From contig JBDKUT010000153.1 in NCBI GenBank assembly GCA_039679545.1, forward strand, positions 1 to 56,625: DNA of 56,625 nt. Direction: 5' to 3'. Positions 8,336 to 17,507 of the stretch are shown here, in pieces (within the stretch, counting starts at the first letter, position 1; the number at the start of each line of letters is the position of its first letter). Below the pieces are notes generated by a model, which ran no database searches, was not told where the DNA came from, and was given only the letters and a program-made list of their open reading frames with translations. Source of the stretch: Thermotogota bacterium (GTDB lineage Bacteria; Bipolaricaulota; Bipolaricaulia; UBA7950; UBA9294). A program made the position numbers and the translations under genes.

Positions 8336-9928
8336 TCACTGTGTCTTCGAGACACCACGGAGTTCGGTGTACGGCCACATCGCGGGGATCTCAAGCCCCA
8401 CGACGGTTTCCCTCGTTGCCACCTGCGTTAGTGTGTTATGCAGCATCACGAACGGTCCCTCTTCCAGCACCAGCGCCTGGATGGCCTTGTAGAGCACCTC
8501 GCGGCGGCGCGGGTCCTGCTCGGCGGCAGCTTCCTCTACCCAATCTGCCAGTCCGCTGGGGCAGTACATACATCGCCACGCCATCTGCTTGACTTCCGCG
8601 TCATCTCCCAGAACACGGCAGTGCGCCATCATCGTCGCCGCTCCGCTGGGATCGGCGTAGTCGAGACTTCCCCTGGCCAGAAGAAGCTGGTGCGTCCGCG
8701 CTCTGAAGACCTTGAGCACCTCTGCCCAGACCATGGTCGTGATCTTGACCCTGATGTTGATCTTCTTCAGATCCTGTTGGATCTGCGCGGCAATGTCCGT
8801 GAACGGCTGGTCGGTTCTTGTGATCAGCTCTACGTCGAACCCGCCTGCGTACCCGGCCTTGGCCATGAGCTCTCTTGCCTTGTCGAGGTTCTGCGCGTAG
8901 GAGAGGTCAAGGTGGGAGAACATGCCGACAGGTACGATCGACTGGTTCTTCACGGCCGAGCCAGCCATGATTCCGTCGGTGATTGCGTTGTAGTCCAAGG
9001 CCCATCTGATTGCCTGTCTAACCTCGATGTGGCTCAGGGGCTCACAGCCGAAGTTCATGGCGAGGTAGTGGTAGCTGAACGAGGAGCTGGACTCTACAAC
9101 GCGGATGCCTTCCTTGCTCCGAAGCTCCACGATCATCTCAGGCAGAAGGTTCCACGCTACATCGATGTCGCCTCTCTCGAGGGCAAGCTTCTGCGCGGTC
9201 GGTTCGGGGAGGTCCTTGATGATGATGCGACGGAGCTGCGGCGCCCCCTGCCAGTAGTCGTCAAACGCTGTAAGCACTATCCTGTCGCGTTTGACCCACT
9301 CCGCAATCGTGAATGGGCCACTTCCCGCATCATGCTCGGCTACCCACTTGGCCGCAAGGGGATCATCGCCCGTGGCGTGCTCTTGGATCACCGCTGGGTC
9401 AAGAACACAGCCGATTCCTTGATAGCCGAACGCGGCAGCGAAGAGCATCTCGCCAATCGGCGCCTTGGTGGTGATGGACACCGTGTAGTCGTCAACTCGC
9501 TGGATCATGTCCTTCGTAGGTACGAATTGCTCCATGATCCAGATCGGCGCCTGGTGTCTGTCAAGGGCCCTCTGGAAAGAGAAGACAACTGCATCGGCGT
9601 TGACCTCGTTCCCAGAGTGGAACCTGACACCCTGTCTAACGTGGAACGTCCAAGTCAAACCATCTTCTGAGACCTCCCAGGACTCGGCCAGTCCGGGCTT
9701 GACCTCCTTGAACGCATCCTCTCCGCCGGTGAAGTTGACTAATTGATCATAGACCTGCTCCAAGATAAACATGTCTTCGAGCTCGTAGACGCGCTCGGGG
9801 GCAAAGTCGATGATAGGATCATGGTTCATCCCGATGACCAGCGTGTCCGCTGGGATCTGACCGAGCACCGGCATGACAACCACCACAGATACGACAAGCA
9901 ACACGGCAAGCAGCATACGCAGCTTCAC
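8336..9928 (-). CDS. dppA: Peptide ABC transporter substrate-binding protein (family 5)
   Basis: Signal peptide; PGLAESWEVSEDGLTWTF, GSGPF, VRQAI motifs. Confidence 0.92.
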   Translation of the reverse strand: MKLRMLLAVLLVVSVVVVMPVLGQIPADTLVIGMNHDPIIDFAPERVYELEDMFILEQVYDQLVNFTGGEDAFKEVKPGLAESWEVSEDGLTWTFHVRQGVRFHSGNEVNADAVVFSFQRALDRHQAPIWIMEQFVPTKDMIQRVDDYTVSITTKAPIGEMLFAAAFGYQGIGCVLDPAVIQEHATGDDPLAAKWVAEHDAGSGPFTIAEWVKRDRIVLTAFDDYWQGAPQLRRIIIKDLPEPTAQKLALERGDIDVAWNLLPEMIVELRSKEGIRVVESSSSFSYHYLAMNFGCEPLSHIEVRQAIRWALDYNAITDGIMAGSAVKNQSIVPVGMFSHLDLSYAQNLDKARELMAKAGYAGGFDVELITRTDQPFTDIAAQIQQDLKKINIRVKITTMVWAEVLKVFRARTHQLLLARGSLDYADPSGAATMMAHCRVLGDDAEVKQMAWRCMYCPSGLADWVEEAAAEQDPRRREVLYKAIQALVLEEGPFVMLHNTLTQVATRETVVGLEIPAMWPYTELRGVSKTQ

Positions 9929-10063
9929 TGCAGGCACCTCCCGTCTCGCGCTTTGTGTTCTTCACGCACTTCCGCCGGCCTCCTGAAAACGCTTGGGGCT
10001 CACCTCCCTCGTGTCTCACGCGTTTACCATCGCACGTCTCGGTCCGGAGCCGAGGGCGGGGCG

Positions 10064-10092
10064 ATTATACACTCCGTGTAACTCCTGGACAA
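10064..10092 (-). promoter_or_regulatory. sigma70 promoter of the dpp/M42 operon
   Basis: TTGTCC (10092-10087), 17-nt spacer, TATAAT (10069-10064). Confidence 0.65.
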
Positions 10093-10220
10093 GCAGTCCA
10101 CAGCCGAGAGTGCATACCTCCGCGTGTGAATTGCGCCAGCTCCTGGTACTAGACCTGTGGATTGCGCACGGAATTGCACTACCATCACTTGCCCGGCATG
10201 AGGGGCGCTGCCCACCGCGC

Positions 10221-10249
10221 TTGACAGATTGGCATCGATGTCCAATACT
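10221..10249 (+). promoter_or_regulatory. sigma70-like promoter of the patB operon
   Basis: TTGACA 10221-10226, 17-nt spacer, AATACT 10244-10249. Confidence 0.5.
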
Positions 10250-10432
10250 TGGATGCATGGTCTACGAACGAAGGGAGCTTCTCCTCTCGGGGTACGGATG
10301 CGGTGGTGGACTGCACAGCGGGTTCGGCGGGGAGCTGTCCTTCCATCCCGTCCCCGCCGAAGAGAGTTGAGCGACGCCCGACGTCTGGGGAGAAGCTCTC
10401 ACAGTCTATGTCTGAGGTTCGAAGTGAGGGAT

Positions 10433-11596
10433 ATGGCGAGCATGAGCGATGCATTCCGGCGGGGTGTCGACAGGCTTTCCTCCGACAGCAAGAAGTGGCA
10501 CCTGAATCCTCCCGATGTCCTCCCTTTGGGATTGGCCGATATGGACTTCCCTTCTTCGGACGCCGTGATTCAGGCACTTGTGTCTCGCGCGAGACATGGG
10601 GTTCTTGGGTATCCGACGGACCCTTCGGAGCTCCGCGATGTGATCGTCGATCGCATGCGCACGCGCTACTCCTGGCAGATCTCACGCGCCGACATCCTCT
10701 TCCTGCCATGCATTGATGTCGGCCTAAGCCTGGCTTGCCACGGCATGTCCTCCAGAAGGCGGACTCTCGTCATCTGCCCTCCCGTCTACCACAGCATACG
10801 AGATCTGCCGGGAGAAACCGGCATGGAGGCAATCGAAGTCCCTCTGTTGCACGATCGGTCCGAGCAGTACGCGCTGGATATGCCCCGCCTTGGTGAGGCA
10901 CTCGCTCATGGCCCGGCCATTCTGGTGCTGTGCAACCCTCACAATCCTGTGGGCAGGGTCTTCACGGTGGACGAGCTCGAGGACTTGGCGCGTCTCTGTT
11001 TGGCGAATGACGTACTCGTGTGCTCGGACGAGATCCACTGCGATCTTGTCTTTGACGGAAGACGCCACGTTCCCCTTGCCGCACTGGAGCCAGAGCTCGC
11101 CGCGCGGATGGTTACCCTGATGTCGCCGAGCAAAGGCTTTAACCTATCTGGTCTGCGTTTTGGCTTCGCCATCGTTCAGGACCCTGACCTCCGTCGGCAG
11201 GTGCAAGAGGCCCACCGGGGACTTGTCGCCGGAGGCAATGTCATGGGCTACGCAGCTGCTCTCGCGGCCTACCGTGACTCCGATGAGTGGCTAGTGGCAG
11301 CGCTCTCCACCCTGGAAAGAAACCGTGATGCTCTGTCTGAGTACGTCCGAAACGAGCTCCGGCCCATGACCATGTGCCCCGTAGAAGGTACCTACCTCGC
11401 GTGGCTGGACTGCCGTAGGATCAGCGTTCCTGGGAACGCGCACGCCTTCTTTCTGAATCAAGCGAGGGTGGCCCTGAGCAACGGTGCTGACTTCGGACCA
11501 GGAGGAGATGGCTTCGTTCGCCTAAATTTCGCCTGCACGCCGGACACGTTGGAGCTCGCGCTGGGCAGGATGAAGGAGGCACTTGCGCGCACTTGA
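10433..11596 (+). CDS. MalY/PatB family PLP-dependent beta C-S lyase
   Basis: ADMDF, LCNPHNPVG, SDEIHCD, SPSKGFNL (PLP Lys), EGTYLAWLD, FVRLNFAC. Confidence 0.92.
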   Translation: MASMSDAFRRGVDRLSSDSKKWHLNPPDVLPLGLADMDFPSSDAVIQALVSRARHGVLGYPTDPSELRDVIVDRMRTRYSWQISRADILFLPCIDVGLSLACHGMSSRRRTLVICPPVYHSIRDLPGETGMEAIEVPLLHDRSEQYALDMPRLGEALAHGPAILVLCNPHNPVGRVFTVDELEDLARLCLANDVLVCSDEIHCDLVFDGRRHVPLAALEPELAARMVTLMSPSKGFNLSGLRFGFAIVQDPDLRRQVQEAHRGLVAGGNVMGYAAALAAYRDSDEWLVAALSTLERNRDALSEYVRNELRPMTMCPVEGTYLAWLDCRRISVPGNAHAFFLNQARVALSNGADFGPGGDGFVRLNFACTPDTLELALGRMKEALART

Positions 11597-11771
11597 TGCG
11601 GCGCGGAAGGAATGCGTGCCGATCACGAAGGGAGGTGGCTTCCCGTTCAACGGCAAGTAGAGTGGGACAGAGAGCCCATCAAGGCAGGCAGGGTCCCTGT
11701 TTGCGATGCTCCTTGGGAGGGTCGAGGAAGGCGTTGGGCAGATACTTGGTAGCCCGTGAGGGAGGTAACTT

Positions 11772-11999
11772 ATGCCACATGTCATCGTCAAGATGTTCCC
11801 TGGAAGAAGCGAGGACAAGAAGAAGCAGTTGGCCGCTGCCATTGCAAGAGACGTCGCTAGCATCGCGGGGTGCAGCGAAGCGGTCGTATCCGTAGCCATT
11901 GAGGAGATCGCACAAGAGAGGTGGGATGAAGAGGTCTATGGGCCCGACATCCTCGGTCGGAAGAAGTCCCTGTACAAGGAACCGAGATCGAAGGCCTAG
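11772..11999 (+). CDS. 4-oxalocrotonate tautomerase family protein (PptA-like)
   Basis: GGAGGT RBS; catalytic Pro1 (MPHVIVK..GRSEDKK); 75 aa. Confidence 0.88.
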   Translation: MPHVIVKMFPGRSEDKKKQLAAAIARDVASIAGCSEAVVSVAIEEIAQERWDEEVYGPDILGRKKSLYKEPRSKA

Positions 12000-12141
12000 A
12001 TACATCGATACGCGGGCGCAAGGGGATAGAAGGCGAATACTCCATCGAGATCCCGAAGAGCACTGCACTTGGAGGGCCGAGGAAGGCAGTCCCTTGCTCA
12101 TCGAGTGCCTGGGCGCTCCGATGGTCGTACGAGGGGGCAGA

Positions 12142-12825
12142 ATGGCGCGATCTCAGATGACGAAAGTGGAACCCCAATGGGTCCGAATGCTCAAGGGCCT
12201 GCTCCCAGGTCTCCGAGAAGTGCTAGGGAAGGACTCGGAGGTGGTGCTGCATGACCTGACGCATCCCGAGGACTCCGTCGTTGCGATCGAAGGAGATCTC
12301 ACGCACCGCAAGGTGGGCGCGCCGGCAACCGACCTCCTGCTGCACCTGCTGCGGGAGGGGGCTGCCGCGACGGACGTAGTCAACTACGAGACGCGGTCTG
12401 CGGAGGGAATCATCCTACGCTCATCGACTTTGCTGCTGCGAGATGAAGGCAACCTTCCCGTCGCCTCTTTGTGCATCAACATCGACACCAAGGTTCGAGA
12501 CATCTCCGATGAGAGAATCCGGGAAGCTGCAAAGGCGGATGTGCTCCGCCGAGGAGGTGGCTCGGTACGCGAGGTCTTCAGCCAGAATGTGGAAGAGACG
12601 TTGCGCAATCTGGTGGAGGAGGCCTTGCAGGCCGTTGGCGCCTCTCGCTATGGGGTCAACAAGGAGCAGCGGCTGGAGATCGTTCGCCTTCTGGATGAGA
12701 GAGGGGCCTTCATGGTCAGAGGAGCCGCCGACTATGTTGCGAAGCAGCTGAAGATGTCGCGAGCTAGCCTCTACAACTACCGAAAGACGCTGGAGGGGAA
12801 GGGCTCTTCTCCAAGGGAACAGTGA
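12142..12825 (+). CDS. YheO/DauR-family regulator (PAS_6 + HTH_22)
   Basis: EVVLHDL..SVVAI..RKVGAP.TD, LRSST, LCINID, LDERGAF..VAKQL.MSRASLYNY. Confidence 0.9.
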   Translation: MARSQMTKVEPQWVRMLKGLLPGLREVLGKDSEVVLHDLTHPEDSVVAIEGDLTHRKVGAPATDLLLHLLREGAAATDVVNYETRSAEGIILRSSTLLLRDEGNLPVASLCINIDTKVRDISDERIREAAKADVLRRGGGSVREVFSQNVEETLRNLVEEALQAVGASRYGVNKEQRLEIVRLLDERGAFMVRGAADYVAKQLKMSRASLYNYRKTLEGKGSSPREQ

Positions 12826-12858
12826 TCCGCGAGTCACAACATCAGGAGATGGTCCAAC

Positions 12859-13686
12859 ATGTACGGCCTTCCTGAGTGCAGCGACACCCTGCGTCGTGAG
12901 CTTGCTTTGTCGAGCTCTCCGATTGCGGTGTCGCTTATCCGAAACGGGGCCGAGCTCCCGGCAGGTCTCAGAAGACCCAGAGCAGATCACGGAACCTGCC
13001 TGGCCCAATGCCAGGCGTTCGGGCTCGCCAGAAGGAATCGAATGGGGCTGGCGCTGCTGAAACAAGACATGTGGTGTCCTGAACCCGTCATCGGATACGG
13101 CTTGTCGGCGCCTCCGCAGGAGTTCAGCGAAGGCGCCAATCGTTTCCCCGACGACATCGCGACTTCCGAGGCGGCGCGAACGTGGGCTCAGAGTTTCCCA
13201 AGGCTGGGACCCGGGGAGTACGCTGGAGTGCTGTCGGCACCCCTTGATGCGGCTCCGTTTGACCCTCAGCTGATCCTGATCTACTGCCGCTCAATCCAGA
13301 TCACTCGCCTGTTGTTGGCAAGCTCGTACGATGACGGGCGAGAGCCCACCTGCCATCTCTCCGGGCACGCAGGGTGTGTCTTCGCGGTCGTGCCTCCCCT
13401 GAAAACCGGAGAGTGCGCGGTGTCGATTCCGTGCATGGGGGATCGGCAGTACGCTGGCTGTCAGGATGACGAGCTACTGTTCACGATTCCCGCACCCCGC
13501 CTTGGTGGCATCCTGCGAGCTCTAGCGAGACCAGGCACGGGTTCGGTTCCCAGCAAGATCTTCGTCCGCTCCGAATACACCCTACTGGAAGCATACGCAA
13601 GACTCGCCAGCAAGATGGAGATGACCCATGCAGACGGGTCACCCATCATCGGGAAGCGCGGATCTGAGCGTCTTCCGTGGGAATGA
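12859..13686 (+). CDS. DUF169 domain protein
   Basis: CQAFGLAR, MWCP, APL..F.P, C...C.GDR..G..DDEL pattern. Confidence 0.8.
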   Translation: MYGLPECSDTLRRELALSSSPIAVSLIRNGAELPAGLRRPRADHGTCLAQCQAFGLARRNRMGLALLKQDMWCPEPVIGYGLSAPPQEFSEGANRFPDDIATSEAARTWAQSFPRLGPGEYAGVLSAPLDAAPFDPQLILIYCRSIQITRLLLASSYDDGREPTCHLSGHAGCVFAVVPPLKTGECAVSIPCMGDRQYAGCQDDELLFTIPAPRLGGILRALARPGTGSVPSKIFVRSEYTLLEAYARLASKMEMTHADGSPIIGKRGSERLPWE

Positions 13687-13764
13687 TCGCCGTGGACTTC
13701 GGAGATGCGACTCCACGATATCGCCATCGCGTCCGAGTGGCACGGAAATGCGGACGGAGCGAGA

Positions 13765-14736
13765 ATGGAGATAGGGTTGAACTTCTTCGACGCACACTGT
13801 GACACGGCCACTGGAGTGATGGCGGGGGCCCTTGACTTCCGTCGTGCGGACGGAGGAGGACAAGTGAACCTCCCTGCGCTGGGGATGTGGCGAAGCTGGA
13901 CCCAGGTCTTCGCGTGCTTTGTGCCAAGCAACCTGCATCCCGCAACGGAGAGGGCTACCGCAGAGAAGATGATCCACACCCTTCGGCGGCTGGCTGCAGA
14001 GAGTCGCATGACCGTTGTCTTGAAGAGCTCGGACCTCCCAGAAGGCGGGAGCAGCGGCCTCGCGGCCATCATATCGCTTGAGGCCGGAGATCCTCTCGAA
14101 GGAGACCCACAGAATCTCGAGCACTTCTTTGCTCTCGGCGTTCGGAGTCTCATCCCGGCATGGCACGACAACTGCTTTTCAGGAACGGCGACGGGTGAAA
14201 ACAAACCCCTCTCGCGAGCCGGCGAAGATCTGGTGCGCCTCGCGGAGGGATTGGGCGTCATGATCGACGTGTCGCATCTGTCTGATGCGGCCTTCTACTC
14301 GGTTCGCCGCGTGGCAAAGCGCCCGTTCATAGCCAGTCACTCCAACTGCCGTGTCCTCTGCCCATCTCTGCGGAACCTGACGGATGACATGATCGTTGCC
14401 CTAGCGGAGCAGGGAGGTGTCACAGGCGTCAACCTGTACTCCAAGTTCCTTGATCCGTCTTGCGGAAGGCAGCATCAAGGCGCCGCGGCTTCCAGAGCGG
14501 ATATCGCCTGGGTCGCTCGGCATGTGCGGCACGCCATCGAAGTCGGCGGCGAGGATTGCGTCGGGCTGGGTGGCGACTTGGACAGCGGCGGATCCCTCGC
14601 GGAGGGCATTGAGACGGTCAGAGACTATGGGGTGATTGTGGACGCCTTGGCCCACGCAGGTCTTTCGTCACGCCAGATCGAGAAAGTGTGCCACATAAAC
14701 TTCAGGCGTGTCTTTCGCGAAGTCCTTCCTACCTAG
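13765..14736 (+). CDS. Membrane dipeptidase (peptidase M19)
   Basis: DAHCD, SLE, IDVSHLS, ASHSN, RNLTD, GLGGDLD; start could be 13705. Confidence 0.88.
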   Translation: MEIGLNFFDAHCDTATGVMAGALDFRRADGGGQVNLPALGMWRSWTQVFACFVPSNLHPATERATAEKMIHTLRRLAAESRMTVVLKSSDLPEGGSSGLAAIISLEAGDPLEGDPQNLEHFFALGVRSLIPAWHDNCFSGTATGENKPLSRAGEDLVRLAEGLGVMIDVSHLSDAAFYSVRRVAKRPFIASHSNCRVLCPSLRNLTDDMIVALAEQGGVTGVNLYSKFLDPSCGRQHQGAAASRADIAWVARHVRHAIEVGGEDCVGLGGDLDSGGSLAEGIETVRDYGVIVDALAHAGLSSRQIEKVCHINFRRVFREVLPT

Positions 14737-14749
14737 GAGGTGCGTAGCA

Positions 14750-15454
14750 TTGGCCGAAAGAAGAGGAGACCCGAGTTGCGCAGATTGTCCCTCACGCGCG
14801 TGCGAACGGCGCGCATCCACGTCGGAGCAAGAACTGTCCACTGCTCAACCGACGCCTGAGTTCTGCCCAATGAGATGCATGCCCGACGTGTTTCGGAGTG
14901 CTCTGGTGGAATATGACAAGCCCAATGTTCGTGAGTTCGCACGCAAAGCTGCTGTACAGGAGTTCGAATGCTACGAGCGCACAGCTAACGGGATGCGTCC
15001 GAGGCTTCCTCGCGTCGAGGAGTTGGTGGAATTCGCCAAAAAGTGCAGCTACGAGAAGCTCGGCATTGCCCATTGCACGGGACTCATGACGGAGGCCAGG
15101 ATCTTGAAGGGGATACTGCAGAAGAAGGGGTTTCGGGTTGTGACCGTGCAGTGCAAAACGGGAGCAGTCCCGAAGGAACGCATAGGTGTCCGGCCGGACC
15201 AGAAGATCGTCGGAGCAGGAAGCTGGGAGAGCATGTGCAATCCCATTGCGCAAGCCATGATCCTGAACACAGCTAAGGTCGACCTCGCGATCATGCTCGG
15301 CCTGTGCATAGGCCACGATACTTTGTTCATCAAGCACTGCGAGGTTCCCTTGACGGTGCTGGCAGTGAAAGACAGGGTGCTGGGGCATAACCCGCTTGCC
15401 GCGCTCTACCTCTCGAGCAGCTACTACCACCATCTTGACGGCCCGTCCGCCTGA
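14750..15454 (+). CDS. DUF1847 domain, Cys-rich putative metal-binding protein
   Basis: AGGAGGT RBS then TTG; RVEE..EFA, CK.G, CNPIAQA..LN, GLCIGHD..F, KDRVLGHNP. Confidence 0.85.
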   Translation: MAERRGDPSCADCPSRACERRASTSEQELSTAQPTPEFCPMRCMPDVFRSALVEYDKPNVREFARKAAVQEFECYERTANGMRPRLPRVEELVEFAKKCSYEKLGIAHCTGLMTEARILKGILQKKGFRVVTVQCKTGAVPKERIGVRPDQKIVGAGSWESMCNPIAQAMILNTAKVDLAIMLGLCIGHDTLFIKHCEVPLTVLAVKDRVLGHNPLAALYLSSSYYHHLDGPSA

Positions 15455-15709
15455 CAGGGCGCGCGAACACCGCCTGCACGGAGGATACGCGGGTACTTCT
15501 GTCTCCCGCGCGAAACGTGCCAGCGTCGCCAATATACTGCGGCAGCCCGGCGAAGCCCGCTCAGCAACGCAACGTTCGCGGTTCTTGGGCTCCCATCCCG
15601 TCCGAAGGAGTCCGAAGCTCGTCCACGACGGGACCGAGCACCCGGCCGAAGCCGCCACTTCTCGGTCACCCGAGCGAGCACACCGGAGATCCCGCTCGGA
15701 AGCGGTTTC

Positions 15710-15769
15710 GTTGGGTTACATGAGAAGGCGATCTTCGAACCCCGTTCGAAAGTAGTCCACTTGGGGGTA
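15710..15769 (+). repeat. Dispersed ~60-bp direct repeat, copy B
   Basis: Shares the exact 17-mer GTTCGAAAGTAGTCCAC with copy A; dyad TTCGAAC-CCC-GTTCGAA. Confidence 0.8.
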
Positions 15770-15967
15770 TGAGCGCGGGAGTATCCCTATTCGTGTGTTG
15801 TCCACGTCCGATTCTTCTACACGGGCTCGAATGGTAGGCTCGGTTACCTGGTGGGATCCGAATCGAGCAAGGATGGACCCAAGCTGTGGACCGCTGCTCG
15901 AGACCAGGTCGGGCAGGTCGGGAACTCGCCAAGGCTGCTGCCCCACCTGGAAAACCCAACCGCCCGG

Positions 15968-17041
15968 CTACGGAGTCGTGCTCTTCAGGAAACCTTCCGG
16001 CCAGATGCTGCCCGGATAGACGGGGCAAAGGCCTGTCTCGCGGTTCGCACCTCTCTCGCCTGGGCTGGGAACAACATTTTCGGCCCCCTTAACCCAGCCC
16101 TTGAACGGAGCGCTGGGGGCGAACGTACCGGTGCAGTTGGGAGTCGAGGCGCGAATTCCGGCCCCCGCGTTCTCTCGGATCCTACAACCGTAGAACTCGA
16201 CGATGCCGTCCTTCTCAAGGAGGACGCCGTCGTCACCGTTCGCGCGGATCTCGCATCCGCTCAGGACACCGCGACCGGAGTCGGTGAACCAGAGGCCCAG
16301 CCCCCCGTTCTTCGCTACGACGCAGTCCAAGAGGTCGAGCAGTGCACCGTTCTGCGCCACGAGACCGTTGAGCACGTTCCCGATGATCGTGATTCGCGTG
16401 GCGTGAACGCGGACTCCATCCCACGCCCATATGCCCATGAGATTGCCATCGACGGCACAATCCGTGAGCCTGAGCTCCGAGATGTGGAATGCGAGGATTC
16501 CGTGCGTCTTGTTCCGCGAGATCTCGCAGTTGCGCAGATCACCTCGCGTGAAGTCCCATGTGTAGATCCCGTGCGTGCCGTTCTCCACGATCCGGCAGTG
16601 ATCGAGGGAGAGAGAAGTGCGGTCGCGGCTCCAGATTCCACACCATGAGTTCTTCGCCACGGTGACGAAGGCAAGTTCAACGGTGGGGGCTCCCTCGGTC
16701 TGGATTCCGTGCCCTTCCCAGCCTTTCCCGCCCTGGACCGTCAAGCTCTCCAGCCGGACGGCGATTCCATTCCCGAGAATGTGTATCGCCGCACCTGTTT
16801 TGGTCCCGTCGATCACTGTCGACTCGCCAACCCCTCGCAGGGTCAGAGAGTGGTCGATCACGAGCGAGCCACGGTATGTTCCTGCCTCCAACTCGAGGAC
16901 GGCGCCCGGTGGTGCCGTGTCGATGGCATCTTGGAGGGAACCGCCCGGCGGGACAACGACGGGAGCTCCAAAGGCAACGGCACACGCTGCGATGACTGCA
17001 AGAACCGCCCCACCCAGCATCCCCCGTAGCTTCCTATCCAT
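15968..17041 (-). CDS. Secreted right-handed parallel beta-helix repeat protein
   Basis: Signal peptide; SLQDAID.A.PG..L.L.AGTY; ~23-aa repeats C.I..N...GI. Confidence 0.85.
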   Translation of the reverse strand: MDRKLRGMLGGAVLAVIAACAVAFGAPVVVPPGGSLQDAIDTAPPGAVLELEAGTYRGSLVIDHSLTLRGVGESTVIDGTKTGAAIHILGNGIAVRLESLTVQGGKGWEGHGIQTEGAPTVELAFVTVAKNSWCGIWSRDRTSLSLDHCRIVENGTHGIYTWDFTRGDLRNCEISRNKTHGILAFHISELRLTDCAVDGNLMGIWAWDGVRVHATRITIIGNVLNGLVAQNGALLDLLDCVVAKNGGLGLWFTDSGRGVLSGCEIRANGDDGVLLEKDGIVEFYGCRIRENAGAGIRASTPNCTGTFAPSAPFKGWVKGAENVVPSPGERGANRETGLCPVYPGSIWPEGFLKSTTP

Positions 17042-17368
17042 CGTCGCCTCCTCACTGCACATGGTAGAGATCGTGAGCGTACGGCGGTGACGCAAACTCG
17101 TCCCCGACCCGTTACCTCTCCGAGGACCGCCCGCTTCACGGCCCACCTTAGTCCACCTCTGGCAACAGCGTCAAGGCGCCGATGCCGCCTGCCTTGGCCT
17201 TGGCTGCTCAGCGACTCGGAGGAACCCTCTCAGAATCGGCTTGCGTTCCGTTCTCAGCAACCGGTGCAACGATCTCAAGACCAACGAGGGGACGGCCCAA
17301 CACCGGTCCTCGCGGGGAGCTGCCGGCGAACGTCTCCCTGAAGTGACGGGGAGTCCGGGAGCAGTCCT

Positions 17369-17425
17369 GTTGGGTCGCACAGGCGAGGATTCTCGAACCC
17401 AGTTCGAAGCAAGTCCCCAGGGGTA
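17369..17425 (+). repeat. Dispersed direct repeat, copy C (more diverged)
   Basis: GTTGGGT..GAT.CTCGAACCCAGTTCGAAG.AAGTCC..GGGGTA. Confidence 0.65.
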
Positions 17426-17507
17426 CCAGATCCGAAGACAAAGCCCTTCGGCTAAACGACCGAAGGGCCTCCCGGCGGCGAAGGCGTCGTCGCGCCTGTT
17501 CCGCGCC

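Noticed and set aside
15734..15750. CGAAC-CCC-GTTCG as a LexA Cheo box
   Set aside because: Spacer is 3 nt rather than 4 in all copies, and none lies at the dinB or nfo promoters
4925..17425. Dispersed repeats as integron attC sites (GTTGGGT fits GTTRRRY)
   Set aside because: No paired RYYYAAC inverse core or attC hairpin upstream, conservation lies downstream of the GTT, modules are multi-gene and divergent, and no intI is present
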